A stretch of 64,000 nucleotides of DNA, from positions 7,254,001 to 7,318,000 of the forward strand of contig OZ024750.1 of assembly GCA_964016885.1 (NCBI GenBank). Direction: 5' to 3'. The stretch comes from Eledone cirrhosa (lineage: Eukaryota). Below, one piece after another: positions 52,084 through 64,000 of the stretch (within the stretch, counting starts at the first letter, position 1; the number at the start of each line of letters is the position of its first letter). Both the position numbers and the translations under genes were made by a program. The notes under the pieces were generated by a model. That model was not told where the DNA came from and searched no databases. It saw only the letters and a list, made by a program, of their open reading frames with translations.

Positions 52084-53429
52084 GGTGTTTACTGCTACAG
52101 TATGTAACATGAACAAATGGTTGATAATGATTTCTATATATTTATTATGTTAATGAGTTTTATGTTGCTGGTTTTTCATCTTCAATTTTTACATTTCTAG
52201 ATTGTTGTCCTGTGTATTGTGTTTGCGTGTCAAAAGATTTTCAAAATTATTTTATAGCATTAACAACAAAACGTAGGCTTGAAGAAGATGTAAACATAAA
52301 AAGGTTTCCTCATTGGCTAGAGTGTTAGTATTAGTAATAGTTATGACTTATAGCATTAGTTAAGCTGTTGAATAGACATATTATTAAAAGCTTTCCAGCC
52401 ATGAACATCTCGTTTTTGATTTTTTCAGAAAATGTATCTGAAACTATATTATCCAGTATGTCTTCTTAAAAATGTATATAATTATATATAATAATACAAT
52501 AATACAAGGACGATTTGTTAAGCCTTAATTACGTTTATAAATTGGTGACACGTGCTACGTTATTGATCAGCTCAAGGTTTGATCTGTATCGATCTGGCCC
52601 GACTCTGGAATCAAAAGCTCATTGGACCTCTGCTGTTGTAATGACAGAAATGTATAATTATTATATATATTTTGGCTGAGGCTTCAGGGAGATTTTGCTG
52701 TTATTTCTATCAGTGGGGAGTGTTGTTGTAAGGTTTCTCAGTGCCCAGGAGGAAGGAGAGTTAAAGACATTTTTGGTTCCCTTATCTTGATTAACAGGCA
52801 TGATAAGCCACAGCAAATTTGTGTCCTTTCACACCTGTGTCCAGAGATGACAGCTCCTCTCCTCCTTATATGCTTCTAGTAATTTGGGCGACCATATAAC
52901 ATCTTTTTCGTTGCTTTGAGTAGTATTAAGTATTAGGAAGTAGTAAAGTTATTACCTTACATATTACTATTACTCCATAAGTAATAGTAATATACAAGGG
53001 CCCCATGATGGGATTGTTCTACTGAAAGAATATAATAAGTTAGGACAATTAAATACATGCCCAGAGCTTTATAGTAGAGAGATGCTTATGTAAGAGACCA
53101 CATCTTTATTTTTCATTCTTTTGGGATCACTAAGATAAATACCAGTTATATTTTGGGATCAAGATAACCAAGTAAACATGCATGGTCTAGTATTTACCTT
53201 AAAAAACATTGTCATAACAACAGTGTTGAAGGTGATAAATTCTCACCAAATTGATCTATGATGTTTGGAAAAGATCAATAATTTGATTATATTCTCAACA
53301 ACTGTTGCCATTAAATATATCATATTTCTCGGAACCCTTATTAAACATATCATATAATATCATATCATATATCATCTTTCTAGTAACCCTTATTAAACAT
53401 ATATAATATATCATATTTCTTGGAAATAC

Positions 53430-53632
53430 TGAAGGCGCATGGCTGAGTGGTTAGAGAATTGGATCCACAATCGTGAGGTTGTGAGTTTGATTCCTGGACC
53501 GCACAATGTCTTATGTCCTTGAGCAAGACACTTTATTTCACATTGCTCCTTCTACCTGGAGTTGTGACCGATAAATAGTATTAGCAATTGGAAAGCCCAA
53601 TGGAAACATTGTTTCCTCGGTCCAATTTGACG
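53430..53632 (+). mobile_element. SINE B variant with an alternative tail, shared with 24549-24750
   Basis: Tail ttctacctggagttgtgaccgata...cctcggtccaatttga. Confidence 0.7.
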
Positions 53633-54714
53633 AAAGTCGATCGACTGTTGATTTCTAGGAACCCTTATTAAACATATCATATAATATATTATATTTCTAG
53701 GAACCCTTATTAAACATATCATATTATAGGCTACACCCCTGACATGACCAAAACCCAAACAAAAACAGAAGAAGGTCAATCAAGGAGGGGTTCCTCTGGT
53801 AGGAGTAAAAAGACTCTGGATTAAATGAATCATATCATATATTTCTAGGAACCCTTATTTCATATAGAGAGCATGTGATTAACATATTGTGAATTACTGA
53901 GCTGAAAAACGTCAAAGAAGTCATTGTTACCATTTTGAAATTATATAAAAGACTAGTTTGATACGATGGCTTCATTCAACATATTTACAGATTACTAAAT
54001 ATAGAAAACAAGACATATATTTAACTTTATGGCTATGAGGCATGAGCACAGATGGTTGATTTCTATTGTATATAACTATAGATAGTTATAATTATGACTG
54101 TAAGAAAGATAATGTAAGAGAGGAAATATAATTGTTTCTACTTTAGGCACAAGGCCAGCAATTACCCAGTGCGTTACTGGTACTTTAGAGAGGAAATATA
54201 ATGAAAGCTGACAATGACAATGGTAAAGAGGACAACATTGATTATGGAGATGATAATGATGATGATTGTGGTGGTGATGGTGATGATTGTGGTGGTGGTG
54301 GTGATGATAGTGATGATTGTGGTGGTGATGATGGTGGTGGTGATGATGGTGGTGATGATGGTGGTGGTGGTGATGGTGGTGGTGATGATGGTGGTGGTGA
54401 TGATGATGATGGTGGTGGTGGTGGTGATAGGGATGATGATAGTGGTGATGATGATGTACACGATGATGGTGATGATGTAGATGATTATGATGGTGGTAGT
54501 GATGATGATGGTGGTGTTAAGGGAAACAATGATAATAATATAATTAGATATTGTTAAACACACAATTTCATATAAAAACCTTGCAACCACCCTACACATA
54601 CATCAGAGGGTTTGATAGAAAAAAAATCCCTCGTGATTGTGAATCCAACTCCCTAACCACTAAGCCTCGTGCCTATATACATGTTGAATTTCTTAGTAAA
54701 CTCACTGCTACTCA

Positions 54715-55487
54715 CAGTTTACAGACAATTCTTCAGTACATGTCTTACACTGCTTTCCTAAGTACACCAAGTTCCCTAATTTACAGACAATTCTTCAGTA
54801 CATATCTTGTACAACTCTCATAAACCACACATCTCCACCAAGTTCCCTAATTTACAGACAATTCTTCAGTACATATCTTGTACAACTCTCATAAACCACA
54901 CATCTCCACCAAGTTTCCTCATTTACAGACAATTCTTCAGTACATATCTTGTACAGCTCTCGTAAGCCCCTCATCTCCACCAAGTTCCCTAATTTACAGA
55001 CAATTCTTCAGTACATATCTTGTACAGCTCTCAATAGCCACACATCTCCACCAAGTTCCCTAATTTACAGTCAATTCCTCAGTACATATCTTGCACAGCT
55101 CTCAATAGCCCCTCATCTCCACCAAGTTCCCTAATTTACAGTCAATTCATCAGTACATATCTTGCACAGCTCTCGTAAGCCCCTCATCTCTACCAAGTTC
55201 CTTAATTTACAGACAATTCTTCAGTACATATCTTGTACAGCTCTCGTAAGCCCCTCATCTCTACCAAGTTCCCTCATTTACAGACAATTCTTCAGTACAT
55301 ATCTTGTACAGCTCTCGTAAGCCCCTCATCTCCACCTTGTTCCCTAATTTACAGACAATTCTTCAGTACATATCTTGTACAGCTCTCGTAAGCCCCTCAT
55401 CTCCACCAAGTTCCCTAATTTACAGACAATTCTTCAGTACATATCTTGTACAGCTCTCGTAAGCCCCTCATCTCCACCAAGTTCCCT
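54715..55487 (+). repeat. 71-bp tandem array, about 10-11 units
   Basis: Unit agttccctaatttacagacaattcttcagtacatatcttgtacagctctcgtaagcccctcatctccacca. Confidence 0.92.
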
Positions 55488-55552
55488 ATATATAATCAAA
55501 TGTCTCAAGATATTTTGTTTGATATTCTAAAATCCTGCCATCCACCTGCTGT

Positions 55553-55658
55553 GTACTAATTCACCAGATATAGTAATGTACTAATTCACCAGATATAGTA
55601 ATGTACTAATTCACCAGATATAGTAATGTACTAATTCACCAGATATAGTAATGTACTA
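55553..55658 (+). repeat. 25-bp tandem repeat, 4 units
   Basis: tgtactaattcaccagatatagtaa. Confidence 0.9.
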
Positions 55659-55799
55659 GCAGTTTTTTCAGATAGCTTCTCCTTGAAATGCCTCACTAAT
55701 TCCTCATGATAAAGTGTGTTTCCCTGGAGCCTAGTTTTTATTTTAAATAGATAGATCGAGAGATAGATAACTCACACATACATTATTAATTACACATAC

Positions 55800-55988
55800 G
55801 GTGGATTGGCAGTATCGGTAGAGGGTCGGACGCCATGCTTTGACGCATAGAGTTACGGCCCTTGCCATTCTGAGTTCAAATCCCGCCGATGTTAACTTTG
55901 CCTTTCATTGTTACGGGGTCGATAAAATAAAGTACCAGTAATACACTGGGTAATTGCTGGCCTTGTGCCTAAAGTAGAAACAATTATT
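55800..55988 (+). mobile_element. SINE A
   Basis: Near-full copy. Confidence 0.85.
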
Positions 55989-56104
55989 AATTCTATACAC
56001 ACTTACCAGTCACTATTGTTATCAATTTTTACCTGTTTGCATCAGTTTCACTGTTATGTAATACAGTGAAGCCTTGTCTTCATAGTTTGGTACTGATATA
56101 TAGT

Positions 56105-56313
56105 ACTGCATACATATAGACACACACACAGATATAGTAACACATACACACACACACACACATATACACATACACATACACAGATATAGTAACACATACA
56201 CACACACACACAGATACACATACACAGATATAGTAACACATACATATATACACACACACATATATAGTAACACATACACACACACACACAGATACACACA
56301 CACAGATATAGTA

Positions 56314-56350
<37 letters not shown>

Positions 56351-56830
56351 TACACATACACAGATATAGTAACACACACACACACACAGATACACATACA
56401 CAGATATAGTAACACACACACACACACAGATACACATACACAGATATAGTAACACATACACACACACACAGATACACATACACAGATATAGTAACACATA
56501 CACACACACACACAGATACACATACACAGATATAGTAACACATACACACACACACACAGATACACATACACAGATATAGTAACACATACACACACACAGA
56601 TACACATACACAGATATAGTAACACACACAGATACACATACACAGATACACATACACAGATATAGTAACACACACACACACACATACACAGATATAGTAA
56701 CAGATACACATACACAGATATAGTAACAGATACACATACACAGATACACACACACAGATATAGTAACAGATAGATACATACATACGCATATACAGATATA
56801 GATATATAAACAGATAGATACACACACACA
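56105..56830 (+). repeat. Compound (CA)n minisatellite with a recurring cagatatagtaa anchor
   Basis: Visible directly. Confidence 0.9.
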
Positions 56831-56910
56831 CATATATATATATGTGTGTGTGCATGCATGCTCATATATATGTGTGTGTATGCATATATATGTGTGTGTG
56901 TGCATATATA

Positions 56911-56956
<46 letters not shown>

Positions 56957-57010
56957 CATGTATGTGTATGTGTGTATGCATGGTCATATATATGTGTGTG
57001 TATGCATATA

Positions 57011-57042
<32 letters not shown>

Positions 57043-57491
57043 CATGTGTATGTGTGTATGTGTGTGCTTGTATAAGATATATAATCTTGGGTGTATATCT
57101 AAGTTCCCATCAAAGTAACATAACTTGAGTGACTTCAACAATCCTGACTACCTCAAAAAATCATTTCTTTTCTCACCACATTACCCTCATAATACTCTAT
57201 TAAGAGCAATAGATCAAAGCTATCTAATCTTTGTACGGATGTATAACACAAACACACATGCTTTACACACGTGCACAAGTATGGCTCTTTTTACAAAACG
57301 TTTTTTTTTCCATTTCAGGTAGACACGCTCCATCATCCACTTTTCTAAATAAATAAATCATACAAAAAAAGGCCAGCACCAACAGTTTTGCAAGAGATGT
57401 CAACATTAATGGACCTGTTATTTTTATCTAAAGACATTTTTTCCAATTCCAACCCACCCGTCCCCTCAATCTATCTTATTTCTCATTCTTT

Positions 57492-57526
57492 TTTCTGATG
57501 AAGGACTAGCGTCCGAAAAGTTAAGA
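57492..57526 (+). ncRNA. Minimal hammerhead motif with mutated stem III palindrome
   Basis: ttt CTGATGA a ggac-tagc-gtcc GAAA agt TA aga; AAAGTT is one change away from the palindrome AACGTT. Confidence 0.6.
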
Positions 57527-57613
57527 CCCCTTCCTGCTATATCAAGCATTAACCTAATATATCCCTTCCATATACTGTAATGATTCTGTTTACCTTTTAC
57601 ATACATATATATG

Positions 57614-57712
<99 letters not shown>

Positions 57713-57722
57713 GTCTATATAT

Positions 57723-57804
<82 letters not shown>

Positions 57805-57877
57805 TTATATATATATATATATATGTGTATATGTCTATATATATATATGTATATGTCTATATATATATATGTATATG

Positions 57878-57970
<93 letters not shown>

Positions 57971-58580
57971 GACACAACAGTCCACACTGTAAGGTGGTCG
58001 TGTAGGAAACACGGTAAAAAGGCTCCCAGTCCACACTATAAATGTGGTTGGTATCAGGAAGGGCATCCAGCCGTAAACAAACCTGCCAGAGTCACTGCCC
58101 GCATCAAATGGAACAAAACCGTCTAACCCATGCTAGCGTGGAAGATGGAGATTAATCGATGATGATGATGATAATGATATATATGTGTAATCTAATTTAC
58201 ATATTTCTATTAGTTTGATGATGATTCAAAAACACTCCTTATGCCAAACACAGCATGTACATTAAAAACTTAACATACCAAAGTATATCTACGTATTTAA
58301 AATATATTTAGAGTCTTGCTGTGAAATAAAATTGGGGAAATACCCCAAATGTTGGCAAAATAGCAAAGTTAATGCAAAGACCAGTTTGGGAATTGTTATT
58401 CCTAATGTTTTGGTTTGCCAAAAACTTGGGATATACCTCTAAAATGTATTCGACTCCATTAGCATCTATGCTTCAGACATAGAAATATAACTTTTTTTAA
58501 TAAAAATTACTTGAGTATACTGGATTTTTCAGTTTTCATGCTGTGTTCAGTATAATGAGGATCATAATGGTGATGATGAT

Positions 58581-58614
<34 letters not shown>

Positions 58615-58679
58615 CGAGTACCTAGGAAGGTATTACATCAGTTTGTCATGTATTTTACACAATATAGTATATATATATA

Positions 58680-58758
<79 letters not shown>

Positions 58759-58807
58759 CATACATAGCTGTTGAAATGGCAAGAGCTCAGCCGTCGAGCC
58801 CCAACTC

Positions 58808-58852
<45 letters not shown>

Positions 58853-59074
58853 CGTGTGTAATGAGACTGTAGTTGTAGATGGTGGCTTCAGTAGATGTAG
58901 TCAATGGAATTACCATTATTAGCAATAGCTACTGTGTAACAATAGCTTCCTTATTGCCAATGTTTGTAGCAATGGCAGCTGTGCAGTTGATGTTTGTAAC
59001 AATGGTTTCAGTACATCCAATATCTGCAACAATGCTAATACCATTTATTCTGTTTTGATATTTCTACTAATAAT

Positions 59075-59770
59075 AATTTCTACTAAGATAGGCACAAAGC
59101 CAGAAATTTAGAGAAAGAGAGCAGTCAATTATGTTATAGGTATGGACCCATAACTCTTGAGAGAGTCATAGAGGCGCCATATTGAATACAGCAGATTTCT
59201 TCCCGAAAAGGATAGAGAAAGTGAGAGAAAGGAAATGAGAAAGGGATATAGAGAAAGAATCAACTCCAGTACTAGACTGGTACTTTTTTATCAACCTTGA
59301 AAGTATGAAAGGCGAAGTTGACCTTGGTGGGATTTGAACTCAGAAAGCAGAGAGCCAAAACAAATACCACAAAGTATTTTATTAGATGTTCTAACAACTC
59401 TGACAATTCACTCACTATTATATTGACTTTAATACTTGATTTCTATTCTATTTTATCGACCCTGGAAGAATGAAAAGTATGGCCGTAGCAAGATTTAAAC
59501 TTAAAATTTAAAGAACTGGAAAAAATATCCCAAGGCATTTTGTCTGAGACTCCAACAACTCTGTCAATCTATCATCTATTTACTTATACTAGTAATTGTT
59601 TCTACTTTTGGTACAAGGCCAAAAAGCAATTACTGGTACTTTATTTTATCGACCCTGTAAGGATGAAAGGCAAAGTTAACCGTGATGGCATTTGAACCGT
59701 AAAAGGACGTAACTATGCTGGAAAGCATGGCATCCATCCCTCTACCGATACTACCAATTTACCGCCCTTA
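59075..59770 (-). mobile_element. Cluster of SINE A copies of different ages; the oldest has a purine-rich insert of about 125 nt
   Basis: Reverse-complement matches at about 59075-59415, 59445-59575 and 59594-59770. Confidence 0.65.
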
Positions 59771-60079
59771 TACTTATACTAATAATAGCAATTAATATAC
59801 TAATAATAGCAATTAATAGCCATGGGGAATATTGTAATGAACAGGTGCATTACTGAAAACTCCACCCTTGTGTATTTTATCTTAGATAAAAATCAGTCTG
59901 ACAGAGTCAATCTCTTTCCAAGATATACCAACAGGAGCTGAATGAATGATGGCAAAATAATGAACTTCTTGTTAGTTTTACAGTACTATTACTGATGTTT
60001 AGTGAAACTGTGTGGCTTAGTGGTTAATCCAAGACTGGGCAGTGTATTATGTTCTTGAGCAAAACACTTTATTTTTACA

Positions 60080-60445
60080 ACAAAAAACACCTAGTCCATA
60101 CTGTAAAGTGGTCATATAGGTGTCATGACAAAAGGCAACCAGCCTATACTGTAAAGTGGTCATATAGGTGCCACAACAAAAAGCACCCAGCCCACACTAA
60201 AGTGGTCATGTAGGTGTCACAACAAAAAGCACCCAGCCCACACTAAAGTGGTCATGTAGGTGTCACAACAAAAAGCACCCAGCCCACACTAAAGTGGTCA
60301 TGTAGGTGTCACAACAAAAAGCACCCAGCCCACACTGTAAAATGGTCATGTAGGTGTCATGACAAAAACCATCCAGTTCACTCTGTAAATGTGGTTGGTA
60401 TGCCTAACCCATGCTAGCATGGAAAATAGACATGAAACGATGATA
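60080..60445 (+). mobile_element. Same element family, about 6 internal tandem units
   Basis: 46-48 bp units and RTE-type tail. Confidence 0.65.
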
Positions 60446-60807
60446 ATAATCCATTAATGTTATATAACTTTAATCCATTAGATTAATAATAAATAAAGTT
60501 GGAAGTTTTATAGTAAGAACATCATTCAGATAACTCATAAAAATTGAGATTGTATTTCTTTAATTTTAGTAAATCTTCTTAGAGGCAGATTATATTTCAG
60601 GAAGTATTTACTGATTAAATCTTAGCTTTGGATACACTGAATCTCAGGGAAACATTTCCAAGTTAACAGCTTTTTTTATAAGGAAGAAAAATTTAGGTGA
60701 ACTTTATGTGTGGTAACTGAAGTATCATGTATATAACGCAGAAGAAACAAGAGCCAACCTACTGTAGATGTGATATGATTTTAGTATTTAATACAAACTA
60801 TATATTT

Positions 60808-61026
60808 GGTTTCTGATTTAGGCATGAGGCCAACAATTTTGGGCAAAGGGGGAAGTCAATTAAATCAACCCCCATGCATTACTGAAACTTTATTTTATCA
60901 ACCCCCGTAAGGATGAAAGGCAAAGCTAACCTCAGTGGGATTTGAATTCAGAACGTAAAGTACTGTAATTCTATGCCATAACACATGTTGTCCGATGATC
61001 TACAGATACTGCCAATCCACCGCCCT
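60808..61026 (-). mobile_element. SINE A
   Basis: Reverse-complement full copy. Confidence 0.85.
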
Positions 61027-61194
61027 TTACACAAAGTATGTGATATGAGCATTCTGACACAAAGTTTTCTTAACATTATTTCAATGTTTCTAATCCGTAA
61101 ACTATCTACGTGCTTCAGTGAATGTTTAATATAATAAAAACTTTGAAGTGTGTTAGTAAAAAAATGTGTAACTTTATATATTGATATATCAAAA

Positions 61195-61513
61195 GGTAAA
61201 AAACCCCTTTGGTCACAAATGACCAAGAAAGCCCCCCTCTGAGGCACAAGTCCAGAGCAAGGTTGTTTGTGGAAGACCAGCAGTCACCCATGCATACCAC
61301 TCTCCCCTCCCCATGCCACCAATGTTGTCCAAGGGAAAGCAAAGGCTGATACAACTTGGCATCAGTGATGTCGCAACTCATTTCTACAGCTGAGTAAACT
61401 GGAACAATGTGAAATAAAGTGTCTTTCTCAAGGACACAATGTATCACCCAGTCTGAGAATGAAACTCACAACCTCCCAATTGCAAGCCCAAATGCTCTAA
61501 CCACTAAGCCATG
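61195..61513 (-). mobile_element. SINE B variant with another tail
   Basis: Family B head plus a distinct body of about 180 nt. Confidence 0.65.
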
Positions 61514-62074
61514 CTGGTGTTGATTAACTAAAATCTCAAGACATTCATGTTATGACTAGTTTCATGCAAGTTGTTAAACTGGTTAACTGTAATTATAAGT
61601 CATATACAGGAGAATGACACTGGAAGCCTGTTAAAGAATGCTTAAAAACATTAACAAAACCAACAAGAAAATCTCTTTTTACTAAGAAACTCATCTTAAA
61701 AATATATAGAAGCAATGCAAACAATGATGCATTTAATTCATGATGATGATGATAATGATGACGATGATGATGATAATGATGATGATGAAGATGATGATGA
61801 TGACATTAGGCATACAGAAAAAAATTGGAATCAGATATCATTTATATTCAAAAGGGAATAATTATTGAACATATATTTGATGTTATCAAACATGTTTTTC
61901 TAACGTGTTTTTGCAGAAATACAACAACCACGGCTGAATAGCCTGAATTTATGGAATTACCAATTTGTCCTGTGACATTAATATTTAATTAGTTGAATTT
62001 CAAAATATATCTTAAATGTTTGTTGAAACTGATAAATGTGAATATATATAGTCTTTTCAAATATTCAGTTAATA

Positions 62075-62192
62075 TCTGTAGTGTGCAGGAGAGAAGACTG
62101 CGATGGTATGGACATGTGATGTGTATGGAGGATGACCGATGGGTAAAGAAGTGCCAAGAAATGCCAGTAGAAGGAAGACGCAGTAGAGGAAG
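62075..62192 (+). mobile_element. RTE-clade LINE fragment
   Basis: QERRLRWYGHVMCMEDDRWVKKC..VEGRRSRG. Confidence 0.75.
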
Positions 62193-62269
62193 CAGAAGAA
62201 GAAGAAGAAGAAGAGGGAGACAAAGATGAAGAAGAAAGGGTAGGAGAAGAAGAAGAACAACAACAACAG

Positions 62270-62880
62270 CAAGAACAACACCACCACCACCATCACCAAC
62301 ACCACCACCACCACCACCACCACCACCACCACCACCACCACCACCACCAACACCACCACCAACACCACCACCAACACCACCACCACCACCATCACCACCA
62401 CCACCACCACCACCAACATCACCACCATCACCACCACCACCACCAACAACACCACCACCACCACCAACAACACCACCACCACCACCACCAACACCACCAC
62501 CACCACCACCACCACCACCACCACCAACACCACCACCACCACCACCACCACCACCACCACCACCACCACCACCACCACCATCACCACCACCACCAGTACC
62601 AACATCACCACCACCACCACCAACACCACCAACAACACCACCACCACCACCACCACCACCACCACCACCACCACCACCACCACCACCACCACCACCACCA
62701 CCACCACCACCACCACCACCACCACCACCACCACCACCACCACCAACACCACCACCAACACCACCACCACCAACAACAACACCATCACCACCACCACCAC
62801 CACCACCACCACCAACACCACCACCACCAACAACAACACCACCACCACCAACACCACCACCAACACCACCACCACCAACA
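62270..62880. repeat. (ACC)n / (GGT)n microsatellite of about 600 bp
   Basis: Visible directly; explains the poly-Gly and poly-Val ORFs. Confidence 0.95.
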
Positions 62881-64000
62881 GAAAACTTGTATGTTATAAG
62901 ACCTATTTTAACTTTGACTTTATGAAAGAAAGTGACAATAAATTGTAATGACAAGTCACATGACTGAGAAGAAGAGTATTATTGGAACTGATAATTTATT
63001 CCTTTCAACTTCTGTTTCAAAATATTTGTCACATGACAACAAAACATCAAAGAAATAAATAAAGATTGAAATTTATATAAAGAAGAGAAATCTCTGTAGA
63101 ATTTACTGAGAACTGAAAGCTCCTTCATTTTGTTTATTGTTAACATAATTCATTTCAATTATTTGCTGAAAAGATATGATATCTGGATAGTTTTGTTTTC
63201 TTAATCACTGAAAGCTACCAGTATCATCATCACTACCATCACCATCATCATCATCATCATCACCACAGCTACAATGACAACCAGTACCACCGCCATCATC
63301 ACCATTACATTTACAATGACAACCATCACCATCACCATTATGCCTACAATGAGAACTAAAACACCACAACCACCACCACCTTTATAATGTCAACCACCAC
63401 CACCACCACCATCACTACAATGATAACTAAAAACACTACCACTACCACCACCACCACCACCATCACATTTATAATGACAACCATCACCATCACATCTACA
63501 ATGACAACCACCACCACCACCACCACCACCAAATCTACAATGACAACTAAAAACAAACAAAAGATTATGATAAAACAAAAAAAAAAATAAAATCACCTCA
63601 AAAGAAGATAACAAAGAAGAGGAAAACGAAAAAGAAGATGAAGACATAAGAAGAAGAAGAAAAACAAAAAGACAAAAAGAAAACAACAAGAAAAAGATGA
63701 GGAGGAGGTAGATGAAGAATACAGAAGAAGAAGAAGGCAAAGAAGAAGAAGACATCTACCAAGAAGCTGACAAAGTGAAATCCTCAAGGAGGAGAAGAAG
63801 AAGGAAGTCACTTTCAATATATTTTAAAAGAATTAAGTGAAATTAAAAAGAAGATTCTATTGACTAGAAGTGATGTCAGTCACTTCTCTGAGACATCAGA
63901 ATATGATCCCTTTTTAGGTGTGTAGGTGTTGTGTTGTGTATGTGTGTGTATGTTCTGTTGTGTTGTGTATGTGTGTATGTGTGTGTATGTTCTGTTGTGT

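Noticed and set aside
54715-55487. Hammerhead in the 71-bp repeat (CTGAAGA on the minus strand)
   Set aside because: No GAAA at the right place and no pairing stems I-III.
61989-62954. Glycine-rich 321-aa ORF and the Gly/Asp ORF at 54201-54557
   Set aside because: Trinucleotide repeats plus an antisense LINE fragment; no splice or codon evidence.
19869-64000. Upstream Slo1 exons (S0 and the ..KDWAGELISGQTTTGRIL segment)
   Set aside because: Not found by eye. They probably lie beyond the window end, but a small exon could have been missed.

Overview
AT-rich, microsatellite- and repeat-dense eukaryotic DNA. SINE content and exon sequence suggest a mollusc, most likely an octopus-like cephalopod (inference). 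The only host gene I can support is a BK/Slo1 (KCNMA1/slowpoke) potassium channel on the minus strand. Six in-frame GT-AG exons (65, 97, 112, 152, 171 and 92 nt, between 751 and 19868) encode S1 to S6 and the start of the S6-RCK1 linker. Everything above 19868 looks like one intron of more than 44 kb. The introns hold tRNA-derived SINEs, RTE/CR1 LINE remnants, piggyBac- and Tc1-like MITEs, a non-autonomous Helitron and several tandem arrays, including a 65-bp satellite derived from a LINE fragment. The most notable unexplained signal is a set of small elements inserted into (TA)n tracts. They carry minimal type-I hammerhead ribozyme motifs (CUGAUGA...GAAA...UH, palindromic stem III, one U3-A8 covariant), often with an inverted arm antisense to the ribozyme 3' half, which resembles Penelope-like pLTRs. 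One intact-core copy is in the sense of the channel pre-mRNA. Almost all ORF-track entries are microsatellite artefacts. Repeat boundaries were read by eye and are approximate.
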